Shown here: piece after piece, positions 1 to 12,156 of the stretch
Numbering within the stretch: position 1 is the stretch's first letter
Layout: the number at the start of each line of letters is the position of its first letter
DNA from: Tricharina praecox
Taxonomy: Eukaryota
Assembly: GCF_024521635.1 (NCBI RefSeq)
Contig: NW_026250412.1
Coordinates: forward strand, 186,001-250,000
Reading direction: 5' to 3'
Length of the DNA: 64,000 nt
Program-made: the position numbers and the translations under genes
The notes under the pieces: generated by a model
Told to the model about the DNA's origin: nothing
Databases searched by the model: none
What the model saw: the letters and a program-made list of their open reading frames with translations, nothing else

Positions 1-991
1 GCTCTCCTGTCCGCCGGACTCCCCCGTGCGCCAGCCACACCACACGAAAGAGGACCATCCATCGGGCCAGCTGCTGGGCTTCATCGTCAACGCCACGTCG
101 TCATCCGACATCTGCCTGTCGCCGAGCCTCGAGCACCGCCACGGCTTCTTCGACCGCCCCAACACCTTCAACGTGGTCAAGTCGCTGTACCCGGTGTTCT
201 CGCAGAGCAAGGTCTCGTCCTACGGCGACATCGTCTACCCCTCGCCGTGGTACTGGGCGCACAAGGTGCCGTACGACGAGCACCGCGACCTGCCCTGGGA
301 CCGCAAGGTCCAAAAGCTGTACTGGCGCGGCTCCACGACCGGCGGGTTCTCGCGCAACGGCGGCTGGAAGCGGCACCACCGCCAGCGCGTCGTCTCCGTC
401 ATCGACGCCTCTGACACGGCTTTGATCCTGGAGCGCACCCCCACCCCCAACAGCACCCTCACCCCCACCAACAGTACAACCTGGCACACAACCCGCGTTC
501 CGCGCGAAAGCCTACGGTCCTTATTCAACGTATACTTCAGCCACATCGGCCAGTGCACGCCGTCCGACTGTTCCATACAATCCCGGTTCTTCCATCTCGC
601 GCCCGTCGCCGCGCAGCACTCGGCCTGGGCGTGGAAATACCTACTAGACATGGACGGCAACGCGTTCTCGGGACGCTACCACGCATTCCTCAAGTCCCGC
701 TCCGTGGTGTTCAAGCTCGCGGTGTTCCGCGAGTCGCACGATGAGTGGCTGCATCCGTGGGTACATTACGTGCCGCTGAGTCTCCAGCTCGACGAGGTCG
801 CAGAGATCATGCGCTTTTTTAGGTATGAGCCTGAGGGCGAGGTGTTTGCTAGCAGGATTGCAAGGGAGAGTAGAAGCTGGGCCCGCAGGACCCTAAGGAG
901 GCAGGATTTGGAGGTCTGGATGTTTAGACTGCTGCTCGAGTATGCCAGGGTTACGGATAAGGGGAGGGGGAGTGTTGGGTTTGCGGGGTAG
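1..991 (+). CDS. Glycosyltransferase family 90 (CAP10/CXT1-like xylosyltransferase), 3' part; gene starts upstream of the window
   Basis: Open frame to TAG at 989-991 with GT90 motifs KLYWRGSTTGG, KYLLDMDGNAFSGR, WLHPWVHYVPLS, RLLLEYAR. Confidence 0.88.
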   Translation, partial: LSCPPDSPVRQPHHTKEDHPSGQLLGFIVNATSSSDICLSPSLEHRHGFFDRPNTFNVVKSLYPVFSQSKVSSYGDIVYPSPWYWAHKVPYDEHRDLPWDRKVQKLYWRGSTTGGFSRNGGWKRHHRQRVVSVIDASDTALILERTPTPNSTLTPTNSTTWHTTRVPRESLRSLFNVYFSHIGQCTPSDCSIQSRFFHLAPVAAQHSAWAWKYLLDMDGNAFSGRYHAFLKSRSVVFKLAVFRESHDEWLHPWVHYVPLSLQLDEVAEIMRFFRYEPEGEVFASRIARESRSWARRTLRRQDLEVWMFRLLLEYARVTDKGRGSVGFAG

Positions 992-1204
992 GGGCGCGAT
1001 ATGATGGTACATCGAGTTGTGAGTTATGATTGGATGATATCATGAGTTTGGGTATAGACGTTTTTCTCGAATATAAATATACACACGCGCGCACACACTT
1101 GCTATCCATTGACTACCACACAATACCTAATGTACATCAAACCACTAATTACTCCATGGGATATCACTATTTACCTACCCCCTCCCCAAAGCCCAAACCA
1201 CGAA

Positions 1205-2968
1205 TCAATGCCCAAACTCCTCAACATGAATCGACACATCTCTCCCGTGCATGCCCTGTCTCGCAACCGCCCTCTTTACCACCGCCGCCATAGCAGCAGG
1301 CGCACACACCATTACCGCGGTACTCCCCCCGTTCCCCCCGCTCCCCCCGCCCCCCTCGCCAGCGCGCAAAACCGTCTCACCAACCATCTTCGCCAAGTTC
1401 GGTCTTCCGCGCTCAATCCGGTGCCTATCCAGCCCCAGCCGTACCAGCGCGTCGAGGGCGCCGTCCGCCGTACCATCACCCGTACCATCCCCCGCACCAT
1501 CCCCCGCCGTTGCCGCAGTGGAGGAGAGCAGGCCTTCCGTCATCTCCACGCCCTCCTCGTCCCCATGGACATCACTTGTGGCGGCGGTGCCAGTGGGATT
1601 GGTGATAAACAACTCCACGCACCCCGCGACCCCGGGGTACTCCAGCGCCCACGCCGCTTCGGCGGGTGATTTGACGGCCCATATGAACCGCACCTTCCCT
1701 CTCCCCCACTCGCCCTCCCTGTTGCTGGTGGTGGAGAGCTGCAGCAGCCGCACCACCCACCCCACAGCAAACGTAGCGCCCACGCCGCCCGCGATGAACA
1801 ACACGTTATCCACGTCGTCGAAGCTGTCCAGCCTCGGCGTGGTCGGGCCGAATGGCATATCAATCGTCACCTGCACAGGCCTTCCATTGGCAGTGGTGCG
1901 GAGGGCGAGTGCGGCGAGGCGCCTCGTCGTCCCGCCGCGGACACGGGCTATGAGGCGGATCTGCTTTCCGCCGCCGCCGCTGCTGTTACTACTACTGGGG
2001 AGGATGGTGAATGGATTCGCCCCCCAAAAGCTGCTTTGTGCGTGGAGGAGCTGGCAGTGCGATCCCGGGGGTGGAGGGGTGGGCGGGGCGGAGGGGAGCG
2101 TGCCGGTTATTAGCAGGAGGCCGGGGGAGGGGGTGGTTATGCTGGCGAGCGCCTGGATGCGTAAGTGGTATTTTAGGGCTTGGTCCACGGTGAAGAGGAA
2201 GATGCTGCAGAGGAGGTAGGGGCGCAGGTGGGAGACGTGTAGGTATAGCAGGGGGAAGAGAAGGGGTGCTAGCGTTATGTGCAGGAGGTAGAATGTACGG
2301 TACCAGCGGTGGCGGATGGTGTGGTTCGCCGAGAGGCCGATCGCGAACAGCACGCCCACCGCGCCGACGCCGCAGAGCACGTCTCCCTCCAGAAACCTTG
2401 TGTTCATCTTCCCCGCCCGCCAGAAAAAGTCGAGGTACAGCGCCGCATGCGTGTACAGCAGGAGGTTGATGATCCGCCCCAGCCAGCGGTGCAAGAAGTT
2501 TGCCTGGCCCTCGTACGACAGCCCGAACAGCCAGCGCAGCGGCGAGCGCTTCATCGCCAGCAGGAAGTGCAGTGGCAGGTTCGCTGCCGCCACGGTGCCG
2601 AGGGATTTGGTTAGGTGGAAGTAGTCTGCCATATATCAGTTATCCATCATGAAATGAAATGATTGATACAAACCATTCCCGGTATTAACCACAACGAGTG
2701 ACATACACCAGCCGGTCCACGCGGCGACAACCAGCCAGTCCCGCCAGCACCTAAGCTTCGGATAGCGCAGCGAGATGGGATCGTACAATTTCCACATCAG
2801 CCTGCGCAACCTCCCGCCGCCACTCCCGCCGCTAGTGTTGCGGTATAAGCCCACGAGCACGCCAACGAGCAGCTGCGAGAGGATCACGTAGTAGCCGGCC
2901 CAGTCCAGCTGTGCGCGCCGCAGGAGCTTCTGCTCGTCGGTGAGCGAAACGTAGTCGTAGTCCCACAT
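1205..2968 (-). CDS. Ferric/metalloreductase-like transmembrane flavocytochrome (FRE family), 2 exons
   Basis: Exon 1 MWDYDYVSL..VVNTGN; 48-nt intron 2626-2673 (GTTTGT..GGCAG); exon 2 has heme His motifs (FLHRWLG, YTHA, YLLHI, LYLHV), NPFT, NADPH motif FIAGGVGATF, VCAP and terminal EEF. Confidence 0.85.
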
Positions 2969-3262
2969 CTTATTTGTATGTCTGTTTGTATTTACCGAGT
3001 GTGGTGATGGTGATGGGGGGAGGAGTGAGGATTAGAGATGTGTTTTGTATGTAGGTACTGTTGGAGCTACTGCAGTTAGCTAGGACGTAGAGTAAGCACT
3101 GCCGGCATTACACAGGGATTAGTCGCTTCGACTCTCCGAGATGACCGAGTGTTCGGCGTCACAGGAACTCACACGGTGACACGGCTAGAGATGGACTTTG
3201 ATAAGTGAAAAAGATTTATTCAACCCGTAGTTTATCAGAGGTGATCAGCGTAGTATGCAAAC

Positions 3263-3297
<35 letters not shown>

Positions 3298-3304
3298 CAG
3301 TAGA
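3263..3304. repeat. (GTA)n microsatellite
   Basis: Run of about 12 AGT units downstream of the CCDC124-like gene. Confidence 0.9.
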
Positions 3305-3425
3305 GAGCCCGTGTGCTTTTGCGCCTCCAGCCCCCATACAGCCATACAGTCCATCAAGAAAGAGAGTTCAAAGCAAGCGACCAGCCAAACGAAAAGCAAA
3401 GAACACACGAAACCAGCCTGCCCTT

Positions 3426-4138
3426 TTATTTCCCCGCCGCCAGCCTCTTCTCGATCTTATCCCTCTCATCCCTCCTCTTCGCATCAATCTCCTCCCTAGT
3501 GGCATTATGGGCGACGATACCCGTCTGATTGAAGGGGTTATCAGGGTGTTTATCAAACTCCTTCTTGATAAGCTCGACCATCTGGTTAAGTCTGAGGCCC
3601 TTATGTTCCTCCTTGACCTCAGGCAGTCTCCGCTCTTTGTACGCGGCATACGCCGCCTTAAACCGCCGCTCGGGATGCCGGTCAACAGTCACCGTCTTCC
3701 CGTCGCTCGTAGTGATCGCAAGCGCGTCCAGGGCGTCGTCGATTCCCGTCGCGTTGATCGCGTCCAGCGCACCATCGATCCCGCCCCGCTTCACCGCTAC
3801 TTTCCCACCCTTCGGCTTGGATGGCGCAGCGGCCTCCTCCTCCGCCAAAAGCTTGTCTTTCTCGGCTTTCTTTGCAGCTAACTCCCGCTTTTTGGCTTCC
3901 GCGGCCTCCCTATCCCGCTCATCAGCCCTCTGCCCTCACATCTACCCATCTCAGCGCGGGGAAGGGAGAGGAGGGGTTACTTCTTATCGTTACTCTTCGC
4001 GCCCTTGCTCCACTCCTCAGCCTCGACTACCGCCTTCTTCGCATTGTCGGATGCGGCCTTGGCCTCCGCTGCTGCGGCCTTCTTCGCGTTGCCCGCTACC
4101 TTCTTGGTGTTCTCTGGTGCGGCTTTTTTGCCCGCCAT
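3426..4138 (-). CDS. CCDC124/Oxs1/Lso2-family coiled-coil ribosome-associated protein (DUF1014), 2 exons
   Basis: MAGKKAAPENTKKVAGNAKKA..EEWSKGAK; intron 3910-3980; C-terminal DRHPERRFKAAY..GLRLNQM..HPDNPFN signature. Confidence 0.9.
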
Positions 4139-4393
4139 GGTTGGGGTTGGTGGTTGGCGTGGGTTGGACTGTCGTGGGTTGGAGGTCGAGGGTGATGAAG
4201 ATGATGTGATGTGAGTGATGAGGTGGGGTGGGATGGTGGTGGGATGGTGGTGGTGGTGGCGGGGTCCGGATCACCCCGCTATGTAACTAGTGTATGCAAG
4301 TACTGAGTAAGTACCCTGACGTAACCTCGACTCTTACTTCACACACCGTCCTTTGTACTCCAGTCACGCCACACGCCACACCGCCTCGACAGA

Positions 4394-6157
4394 ATGACCA
4401 CCACCACCACAACCACTCCCTCGGCCTCAGCCACCGAAGCGCTCGCAGACTTAGTCGCCACGACCGTGATCCGCGCATTCACCGCGCTGCCGCGGAAGTA
4501 CCAGCCGCGCGAGCGCGAGTGGGTTCCGCTTTCGGGGGTGGTGCTTGAGGACGGTAGTACTCTCCTTCTTGTTCCTCCTCTTCCTCCCGCTCGAGACTGG
4601 AGTAAATTAGGGACTGGAGTATTGTACAAAGTAGGGACTGATGTACTTGTGCACCGTAGAATGTGGAGAGATGTTTTGTGCTGCGCTCGGGTTTGTCGCT
4701 CACCCCCTCACCCGCTCACCCACCTACTCACTCGCTATGATGCCGCCCTGATGGGGGGATGGGGGGATGGGGGTGCGAGATGGGGGATGGTGGGTGGTAA
4801 CTGGTAACGGGTGGTAACGTAACGCGACAGGACCGGAATGAAGGTGCTCCCCGAGAATAAGGTCCCGCTGGCGAAGGGGTGGGTGCTGCATGATTGCCAT
4901 GCTGAGGGTATGGTTCCCGCCTGTGCCCACTGCTGTTTCCCGCTGATGGTGACGGTGGCGGTGATGGCTGATGGTAATGGGTGGGGTGTACAATATAGTC
5001 ATCGCGATCCGGGGGTTTAACTGGTATTCTCCCCTCTCCCCTCCCCCCTCTGCACGACGAGCGCACGTCACTAACACAACCCCAGCTTCTTAATCGAAGA
5101 ATGCCGTAAACTGTCCCACTCGAAGGACTCGGAATCCTACGTTTCCGCATACGTGCAACGCTCGACATCGATATCACCAGCACAGCCACAGCCATTCGAG
5201 ATCCGCCCCAGCATCAAGATCCATTTCTATTCTTCCGAGGCGCCGTGTGCGTCCCCTCCCGTCCCCTTACCTCCCATACATTAACACCCCCCAGGCGGCG
5301 ACTGCTCAATGGAGCTCCTGATCGCCTCGGCAGCGGACCCAACGCCTTGGGTTCCCACCGTTCCCGCCGTCCCCACTCCCAGCACCCCCACCACCATCTC
5401 CAGCACTCTCACCTCCACCGCTGTCCCCCCGCACCTCCGCGGCCGCGGCTACTTCTCCTCCCTCGGCGCCGTGCGCACGAAGCCCGGGCGGGCCGACAGT
5501 CCACCAACCCATTCCAAATCCTGCAGCGACAAGCTGTCCCTGCGCTGCTGCATCTCCCTCCTTCTCACACCAGCATCCCTCCTCCTCTCCCCCGCGCGTG
5601 CGTACATCGACACCCTCGTGCTCCCGTTGGCGGCGTACTCCACCTCTGGCTGCGCGCGCGCGTTCGGCGCGGCGGAGACGGGAAGGATGGCGCCGCTGCT
5701 GGGGCGGGAATGGGGCGGCGGGTATAAGTTCGCGCCGTTTGAGGTGGCGACGACGACAAGGGAGTTTGCGTTCTCGAGGAGGGCGGGCGCAGGGCCAAAC
5801 GCGTGTAATCTGGTCGCTGTGAAGGTCGCGGGCAGGGGCGAGGAGGTGCTGATTGGTGGCGTGTTGCAGGGGAGGAAGGCTTTCGGCGGGGATGTGGTGG
5901 GGGACAGGGAGAGGGAGAAGGCGGGGAGTATGCTGTGTAAAGCGAGGATTTGGAGGGCGGTTGTTGAGGTGGGTGTGCTGCTGGGGGCGGGGGCGGCGGG
6001 TGTGTTGGTGAACGGCGGGAGCGGGAGCTACGCTCAGCTAAAATCCGCATCACCCGAGCGGGCGGTAGTAAAGCGCGACGTTCGCACGGCATTAGGCGCC
6101 TGGATCCGAACGGGCGGCGACGACTTCTCACTGCCACCACTGACCCCTGCCACCTAA
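4394..6157 (+). CDS. TAD1: tRNA-specific adenosine-37 deaminase (ADAT1), 6 exons
   Basis: Spliced product reads EWVPLSGVV / ALGTGMKVLP..LHDCHAE / VIAIRGF / HFYSSEAPCGDCSM / RTKPGRADSPPTHSKSCSDKL, containing the zinc-binding HAE, PCGD and SCSDK motifs. Confidence 0.92.
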
Positions 6158-6178
6158 TCCACACACCCCAACCCCGCA

Positions 6179-6385
6179 TCACCGCTTCGCAGCCCCAGCC
6201 CCAGCCCCAGTCCCGTTCTCCTTCTTTGGCAGCGAGTCGCGGTCGAGGATCGTCTGCAGCACCTGCCGCTCCGACAGCTTCTTTTCGATCTCTTCGCGGA
6301 AGAGCTGTTCTTCGCGCTCGATGCGCGCGATGGCTGCGAGGTGCACGGATTTGGGCGTGGGCATGGAGGGGGGGATGCTGGGCAT
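6179..6385 (-). CDS. Small hypothetical protein (68 aa, charged helical core)
   Basis: ATG in good context (ACAATATG), GC3-rich codons, helical segment AIARIEREEQLFREEIEKKLSERQVLQTILD, C/A-rich leader like neighbouring genes. Confidence 0.55.
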   Translation of the reverse strand: MPSIPPSMPTPKSVHLAAIARIEREEQLFREEIEKKLSERQVLQTILDRDSLPKKENGTGAGAGAAKR

Positions 6386-6969
6386 ATTGTCGGTGTTGGG
6401 GGTGGTGGTGGGGATGGTGATGAGGGAAGTGGTGGTGAGGGATTCGTGGCCATTAACTACCTATGCAGAGTAGTTAACTAGGTGGTTGGCTGTGATGGCT
6501 CGGTCGGGCGGTGGGGATGTTGGTGATGGTAGGGTAATCTGTGTTGTCAGGTGGTTGTGGTGGTGGACGAGACGGGGATGGAACTGGAACTGGATTGGCC
6601 GAGTGGCTGCATGAGTCGTGATCCGTGTCAGTGCCAGTGCCACACTCACGGCCCGCGCAGCCTCCCCCCCCTCCCCGCCCCCGTCGCCCCCAGTTTCATT
6701 AATGAGCACAATTTCACACGAAATGAAGTCACCGGACAGAGGGTTTCACCGCCACAGCCACTTCATGACTACATGACTAAGTACCAATGATACCTAGAGT
6801 ACCTATGATACCTACATGTAACCGTCCAAAACACCCAGCTTGAAGTTCAAACGCCCGACCAGACACTATGCTATAATATACCTAACCTACACCTATGCTC
6901 CCTATACAAAACCAAATCACTCCCAATCACTCCCAACGCCTTACAACCCAGCCAGCCAGAAATCAAGTA

Positions 6970-7596
6970 TCAAGCAGAAGTAGAAGCCCCATTCACATTC
7001 ACATTCACATTCACATTCACATTCACCCCCACCCCCCCATTCTCCTTAACGGCGGGCACCAGTACTGTTACCGGTTCTGCCGCAGGCGCTGTTGCGGCCA
7101 CGGCAGCAGCGGGCGACGGCAAGAAGCTCGCGACCATATCCTGCATCATCTCCTGCGCGAGTGCGGGATTCGCAATATCGTTGCGGAACTGCGGTTGGCG
7201 CAGGAGGGTGAGCGCCGCGAGGGAGTAGACTGGGTATCTGTCGTTGGTAGTGTACTGTCAGCGTGGGCAGCAGCGGGGACGGGGACACAACTCACGTAAG
7301 CAGACGTGCATAATCGGGCTTGCGGAAGTACTCGAGGTACTCGAGGTAGCGGATGAACCGCGGGTCGTCGAGGACTTTGGTGTGCGCTAGGTAGCTGAGG
7401 TAGAAGGGGTTCGAGAGGCATTGGACGAACTGTGTGGCGGTGGTAAAATGGGGCATGCGGTCAGCAGGGTGGGCTGTCAGATGCTCGACGAGCAAGCGTG
7501 TGTTGGGAGGGAAGGATGGATGGAAGTTACCTCGAGCTCGACTTCGAGTCGGGTGCGCCCGTGGGGGATCGGTTGCTGCTGCTCCTGCTGGTCCAT
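6970..7596 (-). CDS. MED31: Mediator subunit 31 (SOH1), 3 exons
   Basis: RLEVELE|FVQCLSNPFYLSYLA..YLEYLEYFRKPDYARLLT|YP; introns 7430-7530 and 7238-7295; tail contains (VN)n from a GTGAAT repeat. Confidence 0.93.
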
Positions 7597-8758
7597 GGTT
7601 GTTTGGCTGTTTGTTGAGGGGGGGTGTTTGTTGACGCGCGTGAGGAGGGAGGGTGGGAGGAGTGACGCGATCGACCTCCGGTCTCAGTGATGGTGACAGT
7701 GGAGGTGGTGGTGGTGGTGGTGGTGGCGCTGCTCGACGAGGGTGGGGAGTCGCTAGTTGGTAATGTAGAGTAGCACTGCAGTGGGCAGGGAGCATTCAGC
7801 CGCCTGGCAGTTGGGTACATTTACATGATTGCACTCTATGTATCTTCATCGACACTTCAACTCACCGGAGAGATTCCCGACACACAGAAACAAGGCAAGA
7901 AACGTCTCAACGCTTGATGCTTCTCCGGACTTGGGGGAGCCCGTCGCTTCCGATTTCCGACGCAGCGGACACGGCCAACGTCGAGATGTCGGCGGGACGA
8001 GTCCGTGACGGATGGAGATGAGCAGCCAGTCAGTCGATGACGTTTGTCTGCATCGCGTTCATTCACGTCGCTCCCTCCTCCCTCCTCCCTCCTCCCTCCT
8101 CCCTCCCCCCTCCCCCCTCCTCCCTCGGACTGGTCGGATCCGATGGTCCCTCACCTCCGAAAATCGGCAGTCAGTAGATTGTTCTCGCCCCACACACATC
8201 GCGATCACCTCTTGCTGATGGATTGCTCCGCTTCACGTCGGCCATGCACATCATCGGAACAAGCACCTACCCACATGCCGCACTTTCCCTTTGCTGGTAT
8301 TCTCCAGACTACCGCACTTGCTTGCTGCCCCTGTCCGCTTCTCGAGGCCCACTGGAACCCGACACCTCCGCCAGCCCCCAGTCTCCAGCTGCACTCCACC
8401 GTCCACTCATATCGCGCTGCCCGATTCCGGTCATCTTCCCCTCCCCCTCCAAGCCCGCAGCCAGCCAACCAAGCCCCTCGCTTCGCTGCCTTCGCCGCCT
8501 TCGCCAGTTCGCACTGATTTCCACACCACTTACATAAGCACCCACTCACCCCGTAGTTCTGCCCTACAGCACAGTTCCTCTCCAGCCAACCCGCTCGTCC
8601 CCCCCCCGCTCCGCCCGCTCCCATCCGCTCGTCTCCGCTCCCTCTTCACTCGTCCCCCTTACACCGTCCGCACGCACGCAAGACGCACAACGCACGTCGC
8701 ACGCACGCCCGCTTCGTGCCTGCCCAGCTGTAAGCAAAAAGACACAATTCTCTACATG

Positions 8759-8778
8759 GAAATAAAAAAATAAAAAAT

Positions 8779-8815
<37 letters not shown>

Positions 8816-8825
8816 AAATAAAAAA
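8759..8825. repeat. (AAAAAT)n A-rich microsatellite
   Basis: About 10 imperfect A4-7T units upstream of the NT-C2 gene. Confidence 0.9.
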
Positions 8826-9255
8826 GTCTCAGTGCTGTATGTAGCTCAACGGTGTCAGTTACCCCTGCTTCAGATCCTCCACCCCCCCTCCCAACTGAAC
8901 CCAAACAATAATCCATCACCCTCCCACTCCACCTCTCCAACTCCCTCCTCCCACCTCCCACCTCCCTCCCACCCACTCCCACCACTCGCCCACCCCCCAC
9001 ACCCCTCCCCCGTCGCTTCCGGAAGAACGCTGCAGAGTACATCATCGTACAGAGAAACGCATCCGTACATCCTAATTACTTATCTCCATTAAGCACTTGA
9101 CTTAAGCCTTTAACTTATGCCATGACCCAAACTGCTGTCGTGCTGCCACTTCGTCTCCGTCTTTCACTTCTCCCTCTTCGTCCCTGCGAACCCACTACCA
9201 CCGCCGCCGCAAGAACACCAGAAACAAGTCGAGCTCCGTTGCTTCCTTCGCAGCT

Positions 9256-10862
9256 ATGAACACTTTTGGTATGCGGCCATCCTGCTCCTCTTCCTCCTCC
9301 TCCTCCTCCTCCGAAACGAGACAGAGTTCGGTTGTGCTCCGTCCGCCGCCGTCTCCCGCGCCGGACTACCCAGCTTTCCTGTTCTCCCCGCCCATCTTGC
9401 CCTCCTCCCCGAAGCGGAGCTTATCTTCGTCCTCCTCCTCGTCCTCCATTGCCTCCTCCACTTCTTCTCTCTCGTTCAACTCGGAGAGCTTGCGACGCCA
9501 CTTGCTGATCAGAGAACTGGGGTTTGACAATCTGATAGTTCCCAAAAGCCGCCGAGTAAGCTCGTCCCGTCCGTCCCGTGTGGATAGATATCCCGGCCAA
9601 CAAACCCCTCCCCCACCCCCGTATATTGCGCATACGTACTTTCTCAAGGCGACCACCGTACTGACACGACAATTGTTCCGTACAGGCAAAATTCGATTTG
9701 AAATTACAGGTCCGTCGTCTTACCTCCTTGTTTTTTTGTTTTTTCTTTGTTACGCGCGGCACAATCGATCGCGAGTTCTGACGTTTTCCACCCTTGGCAT
9801 ACAGATCCATGATCTGAACAACGTCCCATTGGTCTCCGGTCACGCGTATATCAAATGGCACGTCGAAGGTTCGACGCGCGCCGACTGCCGCTCACGCACC
9901 AGCCACGAACCCATCAAGGAGCACAAGGTGGTATGGGGGTACGAGCACTCAATCCAAGGCCTGCGCTTCAATATCGGCAAGGGTAGCATGCTGCAGGAGA
10001 GCCACATCGTCCTCGAGGTGCACCAGGAGTACTCGGGCGGGAGAGAGCGCATACTGCTGGGTGTGGTACGGCTGAACCTGGCCGAGTACGCGGGACTCGA
10101 GGGCAAGACGAGGAGGTACCTGATGCAGGACAGCAAGATCAACTCGACGGTCAAGATCGGCATCGAGATGCATCAGGTCGGGGGTGACCCGAACTTCTCG
10201 ACGCCGCCGTTGAAGGGCGCCCAGGTGTTCTCGGGGATTGCGGGGATCATCGGCGAGCAGAGGGAAAATGACGACTCGCGGAGTATGCTCCTCCCATCCT
10301 GCCGATATAGCCGAGCGATTTGACTGACGGGAATATCCTACTAGAAATGACAGTTCCCAACATCAAGAATCGCGATGCCGGCGCAAATCAGGACATGTAC
10401 CGGCGCAACCTGACGGCAAGCTGGCAGTTGATCCCAGGCGAACTCAACGCCGACGAATGCATCGAAGACATCTTTGCCGGCGGCGACGGCTGGACCGGCA
10501 ACGGTGGCGGCGGAGGAAAACCCAAGTCCGTGCGAATGTTCGAAGGCAGCGACAGCGACTCGATAAGCCAGCTCAGCGTGGGAACCAATACGCCGATCAC
10601 CACTGGGGGTCTGGGAGTGGAGAAGGCGACGCCTGCAGCGCCATCGCTGTTGACGGTCGAGCCGATTAGGGATGGCAAGAAGAGAGGAGGGTACGCGGTT
10701 AGTGTGATGACGGGGAGGAGCAAGTTGACGGTACACACCAGCGGGGGCACCAGCGGGGGTGGGGCCAAGTCGGTAAAGTCGGTAAAGTCGGTAAAGTCCA
10801 GCCCGCGGGAGGTGGATGAGCTGAGGGACGATCTGGTCAGTTGGAGGATGCCGTCGAAGTGA
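9256..10862 (+). CDS. N-terminal C2 domain protein (EEIG1/EHBP1 NT-C2 family), 5 exons
   Basis: Microexons MNTF|VPKSRR|AKFDLKLQ, then IHDLNNVPLVSG..W..LNLAEY..RRYLMQDSKINST; introns 9269-9538, 9556-9685, 9710-9804, ~10282-10344; ends DDLVSWRMPSK. Confidence 0.88.
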
Positions 10863-11440
10863 GCTATGGAGAGTAATTCATCCTTTCCTTTTTTCCTCTT
10901 TTCCTTTTCTCTCTCTCTCTCTTGTTCCTTTTCTTTTCTTTTCTTTTTCTTTTTCTTTTATAGTGAGATACCCGGCAAGCATGCATGCGCCGACACGCCC
11001 GTTCCGACTCACTTTTCTCTTTCTTTTGCTTCTTTTGTTTCTTTTTCTTTTTTCTTTTGGAGTTTTTTGGGGCAGTTGTTGCTTGTGCTTGTGCTTGTGG
11101 GGCTTTTCGATTCCTGATATTTCATTTAAGCCTCTTACCCTTTTCGTAGATGGATCTGATCGTGGGATATGGCTGTGGAGTGGGGATCAAAACGTGGTTG
11201 GAGATGTGGTTGGAGAGTAGGATGATGTATGTAGTCACTTGTACAATACAGTTCTAGAGTAATCTAAGTGGCAATGTTGAGAATGTGGATTGTGTTGTAC
11301 ATGTTACCTGGTTACTTGGTTGATGACTTGGTTGCTTGGTTGATGACTTAGTTGGATACTCAGGTGCTTGGGTAGATGAATCGTGAAAGAGGGATATTCC
11401 TCAGTGTATCGAGATGTTGAGGATATACTGCCAGGCAGGC

Positions 11441-12110
11441 CACGACTCCGAGTGCTCTATCAGAATCCACCGTTAGACTTGAAGTCTGTGGCTCGTGAAC
11501 CAACTTCCTTCCACCGCCCATCGTATCTCACCGGTGAACACTGAATAGGTACTGCACACTGCACACTGCTGGATTGCATCACGCATCATCACTTGTGCCA
11601 TAGGTACCGAGTCTCGACGGTTCTAGGTATCATAGGTGGGTAAAAAGAAGGTATCTCATCTAAGAGTACAAAGTAGAGTACATGCTCATAACGGCATTCC
11701 CGTGCCTATGCAATAACTGAAAAACTGAACAAACAAACAAACGAATAACTGAATGCACGAACAAACTCATAAACCCACACGACTCCGAGACTCGAGTGCT
11801 CTATCAGATTCCACCGTTAAACTACATATTGAAGCTTGTGCCTCGTGAGTCGTGAGCCAACTTCCTTCCATCGCCCATCGCCCATCGCCCATCGGCTCTA
11901 GGTACCTAAGGTACATAAGTAAAAGGTAGGTATCTCATCTAGTAAGAAGTAGAGTACATGCTCATGCTCATAACGGCATTGTCGTATGCTCAGAACTGAA
12001 TAACCTCATAACTGAACAAACTCACAAACTCACAACTGAATAGCCTCATAACCTCATAACCTCATAACCTCACAGCTGAATAAACGAACACACTCATAAA
12101 CGCATCATAA
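11441..12110. repeat. Degenerate tandem duplication, two copies of ~335 bp
   Basis: Collinear shared blocks in both copies: CACGACTCCGAG, GTGCTCTATCAGA.TCCACCGTTA, CCAACTTCCTTCCA.CGCCCATCG, GGTATCTCATCTA, GTAGAGTACATGCTCAT, AACGGCATT; copies start at ~11441 and ~11778. Confidence 0.85.
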
Positions 12111-12156
12111 AAATCAAACCAAAAGCTCCCAATCAATCAATCCACCCACCCAACCC

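Noticed and set aside
1109..2219. Long plus-strand ORFs antisense to the ferric reductase, and similar shadows over other genes
   Set aside because: Typical antisense/alternate-frame ORFs caused by GC-rich codon usage
4394..6157. TAD1 as an ADAR-like mRNA-editing system
   Set aside because: No dsRNA-binding domain is visible and it looks like an ordinary ADAT1. Fungal mRNA A-to-I editing is attributed to Tad2/Tad3-based complexes. I saw no editing-correctable premature TAG in the conserved genes.
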